Shown in pieces: positions 1 through 11,600 of a DNA stretch of 64,000 nt. The notes under the pieces were generated by a model. That model was not told the origin of the DNA. It ran no database searches and worked only from the letters and a program-made list of their open reading frames with translations. The stretch's first letter is position 1. Each line of letters opens with the position of its first letter. Location of the stretch: NCBI RefSeq assembly GCF_018977255.1, contig NW_024704743.1:6946001-7010000 (forward strand), written 5' to 3'. Both the position numbers and the translations under genes were made by a program. The DNA is from Callorhinchus milii. Taxonomy: Eukaryota.

Positions 1-679
1 AGTGAGAAGAGGCATTTGCTGGGAAGAAGCATTTGCAGGCAGAAATAAATCTCACTTTAATGTACACAATTCAATTTACATGTATGCAGCACTTTTCACG
101 TTAGGAGGATGTCTTAAAGTGCTCGACACTGCTGGGGGTGGGGAGGGGAAAGATACTTGAAAGTGCAGTCAAAAACGTACGACTCGAGATGGGCCTTATA
201 TACTTTGTCCTTTTATACTCTCCCCCACCCCACCTGCCCCTCCTTGAAAGCACAACTTTCATATTTATCTTTTGTAAAATACAGGCACAGTGTGAGCAAT
301 TCTCCAGAAAGATGAATACAACAAAGATACGCATAAACTAATTGCAAACAACGTTCAAACAATAGCTAATTAGCTTGTGTGCCCTACAGACCCCAGTAAA
401 TTTCAGGTAGGTCCCATTTATTGATTACAAATTGGGCATGAAATTAATGTTCAACAAACAGTAATTTGGGATCGAGTCCCAGTATTAAGAATAGACCTTT
501 TTCAATACCGGGGACTCGCTGTGTTGCACATACACTGTGTTGGTATCGCACAACACAATACCAGATTACAAAGCAACTCGAGAAGACTGTAAATTTGAGA
601 TCAGTCCGTTTAAATCTCGGTTTTCCTTCATCCGCATTTGCCCTCGATCCTGGCTGGTTCCGTCTCCTCCCTCGAGAGA

Positions 680-704
680 CTAACTAACTAACTAACTAAC
701 TAAC
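680..704. repeat. (CTAA)n microsatellite
   Basis: About six tandem CTAA units. Confidence 0.9.
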
Positions 705-717
705 CTGACCAACTCAC

Positions 718-797
718 CAACCTCTCGAGGTTTCGAAAACGACCAGGCGAGATCAGCCCATGGAGGGCGTGTGAAAAATGGGGCTTTTCGCTCTCGA
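718..797 (-). other. Candidate non-coding (5' UTR) exon of the minus-strand gene
   Basis: On the minus strand: (CT)n tract plus TAAG acceptor at 799-798, 80 nt of unique CpG-containing sequence, donor TTG|GTGAGT at 718/717. Confidence 0.4.
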
Positions 798-800
798 CTT

Positions 801-878
801 AGAGAGAGAGAGAGAGAGAGAGAAAGACACACAGAAAGAGAGAGAGAGACAGAGACACAGAGAGAGAAAGACACACAC

Positions 879-925
<47 letters not shown>

Positions 926-1436
926 AAGACAGAGAGAGACAGACAGAGAGAGACAGACACACACACACACAGAAAGACAGACACACACAGAGAAAGATAC
1001 ACACACACAGAGAAAGACACACACACACAGAGAAAGACACACACACACAGAGAAAGACACACACACACAGAGAAAGACACACACACACAGAGAAAGACAC
1101 ACACACACACACACACACAGAGAAAGACACACACACACAGAGAAAGACACACACACACAGAAAGACACAAACACACACAGAGAAAGACACACACACACAC
1201 AGAGAAAGACACACACACACACACAGAGAAAGACACACACACACAGAGAAAGACACACACACACAGAGAAAGACACACACACACACAGAGAAAGACACAC
1301 ACACACACACAGAGAAAGACACACACACACACAGAGAAGGACAGAGAGAGAGAGAAAGACACACACACACAGAGAGAAAGACACAGCGAGGAGAGAGAGA
1401 GAGAAAGACACACACACACACACACACAGAGAGAGA
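801..1436. repeat. Compound (AG)n/(AC)n microsatellite with a unit of about 20 nt, AGAGAAAG(AC)n
   Basis: Directly visible. It produces the CVCVSL and THTERK low-complexity ORFs. Confidence 0.97.
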
Positions 1437-1527
1437 AAAAAAAGAGAAAAATCCCTAACTTCACAAAAAATATCGTTCACCAGAACAGCTCAACGTCAAC
1501 CAGGTTCGGTTCAGCACAGCCCGGAGC

Positions 1528-1552
1528 CAGTCAGTCAGTCAGTCAGTCAGTC
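1528..1552. repeat. (CAGT)n microsatellite
   Basis: About six tandem CAGT units. Confidence 0.9.
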
Positions 1553-1649
1553 CCTCCACACACCAGCAATCACCTTGGCTTCTCCCCCTCCTCCTCCTCT
1601 CCTCATCCCCTGTCAAGACACCCAAATCCTTCCTCACACATAATTAACC

Positions 1650-2530
1650 TCGAATTGCAGCCCGCGGGTGAAACATCGCCTTTTCGCCCCACGACAGGGA
1701 AGTGAAGTGTTATATATATATTTTTTTGGGGGGGGGGGCGGGTGTGGTGTGGGGGTGAGAGGATTTTTAAAAAAATTCAACCAAATCCGAGTCTTTTCAT
1801 TTAATTTTTTTTAAAAAAATTTAAATAAATCTAATCTTTTTTCGAGTCGAAATAAAGAGTCGGCCCGAGCGCCCCACACCGGGGGGACGGGGGGGGGGAG
1901 AGAGGAGGAAACTGCCTGCGCCTCGCTGTTAATTGTGAATTTACAGATAAGATGTATTTATATCGACCAGAAATAAGATGTAAATAAATACCTGCGCTCG
2001 AGCCGTCCGCCCCAGTCAGGTGCACGCGGACAGCTTTGAACAACGCCGTAACCGTCGCTCGCTGACTCGCTCGCTCGCGCGCTCTCTCTCTCTCTCGTTG
2101 GCTCGTCTCTCCCTCACGGTCAGACCATTTTCAGTTGTAAATCTCAAGTCAAAACGTTGCGGCTTCACAGAAACCAGCGCAAAGCAACGAGACGCCGAGC
2201 CCCGACACCACGCCTCCTCCGCTCTTCCCGCCCTCCTCCACCACCACCCCCACCCCGCGCAGGCGCACTTCCGCGCTCTCCCCCCGCCCCGCCCCGCCAC
2301 CCACGGACTCAGCCACGCAGGCGCACTCTGTCGCCCTCCTCCCCAAGCCCAGGCGGAATCTCCCATCATCCTCCTCCTCCGCCACCGCCGCCGGCAGCAG
2401 TCTCCGTCACGCAGGCGCACTCTCCCACTCCGTCACCGCTTCGTGACGACGGGGCCGTTCCAGTTGCTGTCAATCACCCGGCGGTCTCCGGGCAGCGAGC
2501 GACGTCACCGGCCGCTGACCCACCCAGAGA
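1650..2530 (-). promoter_or_regulatory. CpG-island promoter and first exon of an unidentified, probably minus-strand gene
   Basis: CpG-rich. Tandem GC boxes at 2282-2297, three CGCAGGCGCACT NRF1-like sites (2258, 2316, 2410), ETS site CACTTCCG (2266-2273), GACGTCAC (2501). Minus-strand donor ACC|GTGAGG at 2118/2117. Confidence 0.7.
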
Positions 2531-2563
2531 CAGAAAGGGCGGGTGAACCATTGAGAAGTTTGG

Positions 2564-2887
2564 ATAATAATAATAATAATAATCCTTGCATTTGATATAG
2601 CGCTTTTTCACGTCTTCTCGACGTCTCAAAGCGCTTCACAGAACACACTGTAAAGTGAATTGACTGTATATTTGTGGGCGAACGCGGCAGCCAATTGCGC
2701 ACAGCAATGTCCCACAAACAGTCGTAGATTGAAAATGACCAATTTATTATTGTTTTTGGTTTTGGAGGGATTATTATTAGGTGTGTGGAGTAAGGAAACT
2801 TGCCCAAGGTTTCGCCCTCTGCCTGGAATTGAACTCAGGTCTCTCGCTTGCAAAGCGAGTGCTCTAACCACTGAGCTACAGGACTCC
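2564..2887 (-). mobile_element. tRNA-Ala-derived SINE, young short form
   Basis: Head GGAGTCCTGTAGCTCAGTGGTTAGAGC with A box, B box GAGTTCAATTCC and TGC anticodon loop. L2-like 3' stem-loop and (TTA)n tail. Nearly identical to 15035-15355. Confidence 0.92.
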
Positions 2888-3123
2888 TGGATGGTTCACT
2901 GGCTGGAGGAGGGGGTCGGTAACCCATTTAAAATAGTTGCTAAAAGAACCAGAGGCTGGTGGAAGCTTTTAAGAGAGAAATAGATAATTTATTTGGGGAG
3001 GAACAAGTTTGCAGGGCTATGGGGCGAGGGAGGGTGGGATTGACACGATGGGCCGAATGGCCTCTTTCTGTGCTGTACGATTCCACGATTTGGGCGCTGC
3101 GGTCGTTGCATTCTTGAGACTGG

Positions 3124-3975
3124 CGGATAATAATAATAACAATAATAGTAATTCTTGAATTCGATATTGCGCTTTTTCACATTTCCAAGCGCTTCACAGA
3201 ATAGACTGTAAAGTGAATTGACTGCATTTTTGTGGGCGAAACGCGGCAGCCGATTGCGCACAGCAGCGTCCCTCAAACAGTCGTGGATTGAGTGAGCAAA
3301 TTATTGGGAGTTTTTTCTTGAGGGATTATTATGAAAGCAGGAAAAAAAAATGCCTTGGTTCACTTTGACCTTTTGCCAAAGCAGCGGGCTGAGCATCAAG
3401 ACCACCTGATTTCTTCACTGCTAATGGAAATTCATTGAAAGACTAAATTACTTAAGGGCTTTGCTTCACGAGTTGCTTCTCAAGCTCCTTGACGCTACCC
3501 TGCGTGGAGGGCGCTTTGTAAGTGCAAGTTGTTGAATCACAAGAGAAAGCTGAAAAATTGACTTTTTAAAAAGATATTTTTGATGATAATAATAATAATC
3601 CTTCACTGATTTGTCTCAAAGCTCCTCCACAGAATATATTGTTAAATGGATGACTGTGCATTTTCCAGGAGTTATAATCGCTTGAAAAAATAATAATTTC
3701 ACCCACAAAATAGTCATTAACTTTACAGTATATTCTGTGAAGCGCTTTGAGACGACTCGAAGACATGATAAGGTGCTATATCAAATGCAAGGATTATTAT
3801 TATTATAATTTGGTCACTCAATCCACAACTATTTGTGGGGCACTGCCGTGCGCAATTGGCTAATTTTACCCACCATACATACAGTCAATTCACTTTACAG
3901 TATATTCTGTGAAGCGCTTTGAGATGTCTTGAAGACGTGATAAGGTACTAAATCAAATGAAAGGATTATTATTCT
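3124..3975. mobile_element. Cluster of truncated SINE and L2 3' tails in both orientations
   Basis: Repeated GTGAAGCGCTTTGAGA...AAATGCAAGGATTATT motifs at about 3124-3335 (-), 3700-3805 (+) and 3810-3975 (+); L2 tail at 3480-3535. Confidence 0.75.
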
Positions 3976-5497
3976 GTGGCGAAACAATATTAAGTTTGCA
4001 CAATAGAAAATAGAAGGGGAGGGCAGGGGGGAGGGGGGCTGTGTTCCTGCACCCAGCATGTATTTCAAGAGTGACTGGCGGTGGTGAGAAGAAAAAACAT
4101 TTGCGGAAAATTAGGGCTGGCGTTTTGTAAAATAGGACCCAAACTAAACAAGCGCAGTCCCACTGAGGTGAATGATGGAGGAGAGGCAGTGGAGGAGGAT
4201 GGCATGATTGACTGCGCCAAATGCGGCGGGAAGGTCTAGGCGACGAGGAGGCAGAGAGAACCCTGGTCACAGATAGAAAGGACATTGTTTGTGACTTTCA
4301 CGAGTGCTGTTTCTGTACTGTGACCAGGGCAGAAACTGGACTGGAGGGACATTTCCAAACATAAACCACAGAAAAGTGAAAAAAAACTAAAAATGTATGA
4401 AGTACATTTGAAGTAATTGATTCTAATTTGTGTTTGTGACCCAAGTTCAAGATTATCTCCTTGCTTTCCGTCCAGAACTGTTAATTCTCTACTGGTTGAC
4501 GGCACACAGCATATAGTATTTTGATAGAAAAATGCATCAAAATAATTTGATAATTCATTAGCAAGATGGTAAAACCCATTGATTAAGTTATCATAGTCAA
4601 TCTTGTGGGACACATTATAAATGTAAGTTTTAGTATGTATTATTCTGGGTGATTTCCAGCTACCAGAAACTGAAGTACTAATTTCTGGTGATAAAATCAT
4701 ATTCTCAGTTTAGCACTTCCTTTGTGGTTTGTGGTTACCAAATTGGGAAAACCATGCCTATTCAGAAAAAGTACAAAGGGCTATATGAATGTGAAATACC
4801 GATGCAGCATTTATATTGCACAATTAGTGTTGATTTGATGCAGTTTCCTCATTAAATTGATACAAAACAAAATCGGCTTTTAAAATATCAAAATCAATGG
4901 TTTGAGAAAATCGAGTGAAAATTGCAATAATCAACATATTTTTATTTGAACACAATTTACAACGTTACATTTCGTTTATCAGGTCTGGAATCAGGTCAAA
5001 AACCCTTCACACACCAGTTATGAGTTGGTGGTGCACATTGAAGTCACCAAAAAATATTTTAAAGCCTTTAAAAAGATTTATGCTTTCCAATATCATTAAG
5101 AAGCCATTTACAGCCTGAGTTATTTGATATTAAAAACGAACATGGAAATGTGTATCAGATACCTGATCAATTGCAGTTTATAAAATGCTTTCCATCAAGT
5201 CTCAAACCAGTCTTAATGGGTGCCTTTTGGGGGGGTGCAATCAAGTGCCTGACATGCAGAATCCTATCACTATGTGTAAGTCTCCTGACATCTCTTTGCC
5301 CATTCCCCAGGATTGTGTATGATTGGTAATCACACTAAACAAGCAGTAAGTAGGAACCTGGTTGTGAGTCGATTGGCAGACCGCATTTCCGGGGATAATA
5401 ATCCTTCAAAAAAACAATAATATTAATAATCCGCAACTGTGCTGTGCGAAATTGGCTGCCACGTTTAGCCCACATATATACAGTCAATTCACTTTAC

Positions 5498-6580
5498 ACG
5501 GCTTCTCCTCTAGCCCCTGGAGCGTTTCGTGTGGCATTCCTCAGGACTCTGTCCTTGGTCCCCTCCTCTTCAACATCTATATGCTCCCTCTTGGTGACGT
5601 CATCCGCAGACATGGAGTCAACTTCCACATGTTTGCAGATGACACCCAACTGTACCTCTCTGCCTCCACTCTTGACTCCAGGACCACTGCTGTCCTGACA
5701 GAAAGTCTGTCAGACATCAAATCCTGGATGAGAGATAACTTTCTTCAGTTGAACGTCAACAAGACCGAGACTCTCCTGATTGGCTCCAGTCGGCACCTCC
5801 TCACCTCAGGTGCTGACAACATCATGGTTGCACACTTCACCTTGCTAAACCAGTCCGGAACCTTGGGGTCTTGTTTGACCCTCAACTTTCCTTACTACCC
5901 CACATCTGCGCCATGACCGCTCTGCCTTCCCCCACCTCCGCAACATCGCCCGGCTCAGACACTGTCTCACACCACAGGCCGCCGAAACTCTCGTACACGC
6001 CTTCATTACATTGAGGCAAATTCACTGCTTGTTGGCCTCCCCAACTCCTCCCTCCATAGACTGCAGGTCATCCAGAACTCTGCAGCCCGTGTTCTCTCCC
6101 GCACCAGGCTCCGTGAGCCTATCACGCCCATTCTTGCTCAACTCCACTGGCTTCCCATCACACAGAGGATACAGTTCAAGATCCTGGTCCTCACCTACAA
6201 AGCCCTCCATGGTCATGCTCCCCATTACCTTTCCAACCTCCTAACCCCTTATCACCCTGTTCGCTCTCTCCGCTCAGCGGGCTCCAAGCCTGCTTTACGT
6301 CCCCCGCCTTGCTCGCCCCACTATCAGCGAGCGGCCTTCCACCACTCTGCACTTACACTCAGGAGCTCCATCCTGTAGTCCCTCCATCTCGCCCCCTCCC
6401 TCGCCACCTTCAAGACCCACTTCAAGACCCGCCCCTTCGACCATGCTTTCAATCGTATTACTTCCCCCCTGCCCTCCCCCACTCCGACCCTCAGCTCAGG
6501 TCCGTAATCTCTGTCTGTCCAGCGCCTTGGGATATCCTCCAGACGTGAAAGGGGCTATACAAATATAATTTTGTTGTTGT
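5498..6580 (+). mobile_element. L2 LINE, 5'-truncated 3' fragment inserted into a SINE
   Basis: RT motifs [16 protein letters not shown] and [13 protein letters not shown]-type C-terminal region; (TTG)n tail. Confidence 0.92.
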
Positions 6581-7319
6581 ATGTCTAGAAGACGTGAAAA
6601 GCGCTATAGCAAATACAAGGATTATTATTATAATAAAGAAATGGTGAGTGTTGGTCATTTAAAAAAAAATCAACATTTTTAATAGGTACTTTTCTGAGAG
6701 TACAAAGAGCTTTGCACTTTATTTGGCCTGTCTAAGACCTATGATGAGAGTACATAAAGTCAAAACCCAAACTGGAAATGTATTCTCTGTGTATTTATAT
6801 CTGTCATGTTAATTATGATGACAAATCAAAGTAATAGCCATAAAGGAAGCCATAACTAATAGCCATAATGTCTTTGGTTTGGCTCTTATACATGCTTTTT
6901 CCTCTTTCTCTTATTATTCTTTTTTATCATATCCCATCTTATGTCCAAGCTGATACTGCGGAGTCACCATCGGGAGAATCAATCTGAAGAGGCACATAGA
7001 CACATTTTTGGGGGCTTACAAATTAAATGTATGTTTAAATCGAACCTACAGATGATTTACTGTTTCTGAAGCTGAACTCACTTTCTTCATTTCATAAAAC
7101 CGTCAGGCCTCAACACAGATGTAACTCTTTATTTCATGTCACCTTATTGTGTAATCTACTTTCCCCATTTAAATTAAACTAGAATAAAATGAATTACTGC
7201 TTTTTGTTACAATGTAATAAGTCAGGTTGACACAAAGAAAAAAAGAGATCCCTATTTAAAGGAACAGTGCTTCAGTAAATACCCCATCTTATAATAATAA
7301 TACTGGCATTTGATGTAGT

Positions 7320-7637
7320 GGAGTCCTGTAGCTCAGTGGTTAGAGCACTCACCTCGCACGTGAGAGAGAACTGGGTTCATTTCCGGCAGGAGGAAACCTT
7401 GGGCAAGTTTCCTTACTCCACATGCCTGATAATAATCCTTCAAGAAAAAAAACAATAAATTAGTCACTTCAATCCACGACTGTGGGACACTGCTGTGCAC
7501 AATTGGCTGGTGCGTTTTGTCCACAAATATTCAGTCAATTCACTTTACAATATATTCTGTGAAGTGCTTTGAGACGTCCAGAAGATGTGAAAAGCGCTAT
7601 ATCAAAATCGCTGTATCAGCAGGGATTATTATTATTA
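7320..7637 (+). mobile_element. tRNA-derived SINE (short form) nested in an older antisense SINE tail
   Basis: Full head and tail. The flanks at 7291-7319 and 7637-7690 join into a minus-strand SINE tail. Confidence 0.88.
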
Positions 7638-7954
7638 TAGTGCCTTATCAGTCTTCATGACGTCTCAAAGCGCTTTACAGAATATAGTGACTAAATTATT
7701 ATTTTTAAAATATTTTGTTTCACCCCCGCCAAAGCTGAAAGAACAGACCAAATATTTATAAAATGCCATAGATATCAATATTGATGCAATGATTATTTAT
7801 TAATCAAAAGCAATATATGTCTGAGCTAAGGAAGTAATATTCAGATATTCTAATATAAATAATCCACATTTAAGGAAATTGATAAGGGATATGTACACAT
7901 AAGGTGACAACAATGTTTGGTTTCAGTAAAATTTTAATGGCTCAAGTTACTGTT

Positions 7955-8400
7955 ACAGGGAAAATGTGGGCCCACTCAAGGATATATAGGGTATAAGTAT
8001 TGTGGAGAACAAGGAAATGGCAGATGTGCTAAATAAGTTCTGTGCATCTGTGTTTACAATAGATGATGGGGAGGTCCTGGGAGATAGAAATAGATGTGAA
8101 GAAATAGCTGTTAGATATAGATATCAATAAAGAAGCAGGAAACAAAGATTGATGGAACTTAGAGTGGACAAGCCACCAGGGTCCAATGGATTTATCACTG
8201 AGTGCTGAGGGAAATTAAAACCCAAACAGTGCAAGTTTTGACTTAAAACGTTTGTAAATCTGTACAAACTGGAAGGGTTCCAAAGGATCGGAAGGTGGTA
8301 AATATCACACCATTGTTCAATAGAAAGGAACCAAATAAACCTGGGAACAGCATGACTGTCAGTTTCATGTTGCTGGTTGAAAAATGTTGGGACTCAATTA
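7955..8400 (+). mobile_element. CR1 LINE internal fragment (degenerate)
   Basis: Translatable remnants EMADVLNKFCASVFT, DKPPGSNG and KVVNITPLF, typical of the CR1 ORF2 region before the RT core. Confidence 0.75.
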
Positions 8401-8404
8401 AGTG

Positions 8405-8725
8405 GGTATCAGCCTGGCTCCATTGATAGAACTCTCACCTCTGAATCAGAAAGTCATCGGGGCTTTGAACTCATATAGTCGAGGTGCCATCCTTCAGCAA
8501 AGAAGTTAAACCATGGTTCTGTCTGCCTGTTCAAGTGGATGTTAAATAGCCCATTGCATAATTTGAAAAGAGAAGGAAATTTCTCGCGGTGCCCTGACCA
8601 ACAATCCCCAATAAAATTGGTCGCCACGTTTCTCCACAAAACACAGTCACTTTACAAAATATCCTGTAAAGTACTTTGAGATGTCCTCCCAATGCAAAAG
8701 ACGCTATCTCAAATGTAAGGATATA
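8405..8725 (+). mobile_element. Older Deu-type SINE
   Basis: GTCTGCCTGTTCAAGTGGATGTTAAA central motif, shared with copies at about 16905, 50697, 52540 and 62930. Confidence 0.7.
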
Positions 8726-8756
8726 AAATTCTTCTACAAGAGAAAATAAATAATAA

Positions 8757-9068
8757 TATAATAATATAATAATCCTTGCATTTGATATAGCGCTTTTCAC
8801 TTTGTCTCGACGTATCAAAGCGCTTTACAGAATATATTGTAAAGTGAATTGACCGTATATTTGTGGGCAAAACACGGCGGCCAATTGCGCACAGCAGTGT
8901 CCCACACACAGTCGTGGATTGAAAATGACCAATTTATTATTGTCTTATTTTTGGTGGGATTATTATTAGGTGTGTGGAGTAAGGAAACTTGCCCAAGGTT
9001 TCGCCCTGTCTGAACCCAGGTGTCTCGCTTGCAAGGCGAGTGCTCTAACCACCGACCTACAAGCCTCC
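8757..9068 (-). mobile_element. tRNA-derived SINE (short form)
   Basis: Same family as 2564-2887, slightly more diverged. Confidence 0.88.
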
Positions 9069-9391
9069 AGTTAACTTAACTGGAGTTAACTTAACCAGAA
9101 GATTCCAGCAGTAAAAAATGAGGTTAGTCTCAGATGTAAGATGGACAACATTAGTAGAGAATGACCATTAAACATTAGTTTATTTAACAAAGTTTTTTTT
9201 AGTAAAGTTGCTTTGAAAATATGTAAACATACAAATCAGAACTGTAAGACATGAAGCAAATAAAATTTAAATATGAGATGTCAATTTTTGCAGGGGCTCG
9301 GTTCTACTACTGTATTTTGATGGTCACATTTCAAGAGAAATCTGTAGGTGATGTAAACTTTAGAGACATTGAAGTCACCTGATGTGCAAGG

Positions 9392-9588
9392 TAGGCCACG
9401 GGCAGGCACCGATGGGGTGAGGTAGGCCATGGGCGAGCACCGGTTGAGTGAGGTAGGCCGTGGGCTGACACCAGTGGGGTGAGCTAGGCCGTGTGCGGGC
9501 ACCGGTGGGGTGAGCTAGGCCGTGGGCGGGCACCGGTGGGGTGAGCTAGGCCGTGGGCGGGCACCGGTGGGGTGAGATAGGCCATGGG
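9392..9588. repeat. 31-nt GC-rich tandem repeat (TAGGCCGTGGGCGGGCACCGGTGGGGTGAGC), about 6 copies
   Basis: 31-nt periodicity is directly visible; the 3' copies are nearly identical. Confidence 0.93.
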
Positions 9589-9589
9589 A

Positions 9590-11070
9590 CTTCAAATCTC
9601 CCGCTTGAACCACGGGAAGCACGCGACCGCCAAGATCAGATAGGAGCAAGCGACCACCGAGGCCACGGGTGGATGAACAAATCGGATGGACCAGGGGTAG
9701 TTGGTGTCCGTCCCGCGAGGCAAAGTTGCTTCAGGTGCGGAGACGCCATTTCCAAATCTCCCGCCTGAACAATGGCCGAATCCAGCTACGGGACATCATT
9801 TCCAAACGCCATTTTCAAATCCTCCAGGCTAAGTATAGTGTTAATTTTGCTACATTCCTATATGCTATCCTTTCTGCTGTCTTGTCCGCTCTCCTTTCCC
9901 TTCCTTTCCATTATCACTTTCCCTCCCTGTCTCTGGAACGTACGCCATGATCGCCATCCCCTCTCTCCCCCCCCCCCCCCCCGCCCCCGAGTTGTCTCCC
10001 AGAGCCCAAGGGCTGAGGTTTCCCCGCTGATCGTTCGCTCCTGGTCTCTGCGTGCGCGTTTTGGGTTCCCGCCCCGACCCGAGCCACTCCCTTTGAAAAT
10101 GTTCCTGCTTCTAACACCCACACTCCGCCACTGTCCTTCTCTCCCACCGCCCTCCTCACCTTCTCCTTATCATGGACCCCACATTGCCTCCCTCTGCTCC
10201 AGCCTGGGCATCCTCCGCCAAGCCCATCATGACTCCCGGCATTAGTTGTCCCAGACCAAACCTGGCTGGCCCCCAGTGACCCCAACTCCTTGTTAAAGCC
10301 TCCCCCCCGGCTACACTATTCACCACACTCCCCACCCAAGCCAACACAGCAGTGGGGTGGCCCTTATCTCCCAAGCCTCCCTTGGTCTATCCCCCTATTT
10401 TCATTTGGCTGTTTCTCCTCCTTTGAGCACCTCACACTCTACCATCCCTCCTCTACCTCTCAAAATTCTCCTAGATTACCGCTCCCCCAAACCTCTTGGC
10501 TTCTTCCCCACCTCCTCAGATTTCACTGCCCTCTTCTCCCTAAACCTCATCCTCCATGACAATTTGCCGACCCACAACTATGATCATTCCCTCAACCGTT
10601 GTCATCACACATGACTTTGATATTTCCGACCTGTCCATCATAGACAAGTCCATCTCAGACCACTTCCTTATCTCCCCCTCCTCCCACATCCCCTCCCTTC
10701 TTCCAAGCCTCCACCATCTTTTTCCACTCCTGGAAGTCCCTCACAAATGCCCTCTCTTCCTAGGACCTCCTCTCCCTCTGGCCTTCCATCCACATTGATC
10801 TTGATGCAGCCATCAAGCTGTTGAATGACCGTCTCCCCTGAAATCCAGCTCTGTTTCCAAATCTACCCGCTCCTCACCTCTGCTCACTTAAAATCCAGAC
10901 CTGGATTCTCAAATGTAGATGGCAGAAATCTGGCCTCACAATTCACCACCAGTTGTGGCTCGAGCACTTCCTCTCCCTTTCATAGGCCAAAACTGACTTT
11001 TACTCCAAAGTCATCCTGGAGGCCAAAAACAACCCAAAGACACTGTTCTCCACTGTCCATCACCTCCTCT
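9590..11070 (+). mobile_element. L2 LINE 5' part including a degenerate APE endonuclease region
   Basis: Frameshifted remnants PPGYTIHHTP...GVALIS, LPTH and DLSIIDKSISDHFLI. The 5' boundary is uncertain. Confidence 0.65.
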
Positions 11071-11099
11071 GTGCGAAGAGTTCTTCGCCTCAAAAGATT

Positions 11100-11600
11100 A
11101 AAAACAACAGAATTACATTTGTATAGCTCCTTTCACATTGGGAGGACATCCCAAGGCACTCGACAATCAGTGTTTTGGACCCGAGCTGGGGGTTGGGATT
11201 GGGGTGAGTAGAGGGCGGGGGGGGGAAGGAGGGTGATCGAAGGCACGGTCGAAGTGGAGGGTTTTGAGATGGATCTTGAAGGAGGCAAGGAAGGTGGGGT
11301 GAGGCAGTGGGACTGCGGGATGAGGGACTCCAGAAGGTGGAGGAGAGTAGCTGAAGGCCCGCCCTCCAATGGTGGGGGACGTGAAGTAGGCAAGATCCCG
11401 CTGAATGGAGGGAGCAGGCAAGTTGGTAGGGGGTTAGGTGGTCACAGAGGTAGAGGGGGAGCAAGGCCATGGAGGGCTTTGAAAGTGAGGACCAGGATCT
11501 TGAACTGTATCCTCTGTGTGATGGGAAGCGAGGATGGAGATGATAGGATCATGGAGCCTGCTGTGGGAGAGGACACAGGCTGCAGAGTTCTGGATGATCT
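11100..11600 (-). mobile_element. L2 LINE 3' fragment
   Basis: IIQNSAACVL, QRIQFKILVLTFKALHGLAP and GGRAFSYS remnants; (TTG)n tail. Confidence 0.88.

Noticed and set aside
1..40. Minus-strand acceptor followed by ATG CCT CTT CTC ACT (MPLLT) at the window edge, as a possible start of the neighbouring gene
   Set aside because: Only five codons are visible and the resemblance to the MPP7 N-terminus is too weak to support.
692..1643. Long ORFs of 220-290 aa on both strands (CVCVSL and THTERK types)
   Set aside because: They are translations of the AG/AC microsatellite, which lacks stop codons by composition.
2016..2595. ORFs of 78-191 aa in the left CpG island, and similar ORFs at 24849-26392
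   Set aside because: GC-rich, stop-poor DNA with low-complexity translations and no recognisable homology.
2815..2887. tRNA-Ala(TGC)-like cloverleaf, also at 15283-15355, 7320 and 51814
   Set aside because: The acceptor stem does not pair and each copy continues into a SINE body and tail, so these are SINE heads rather than tRNA genes.
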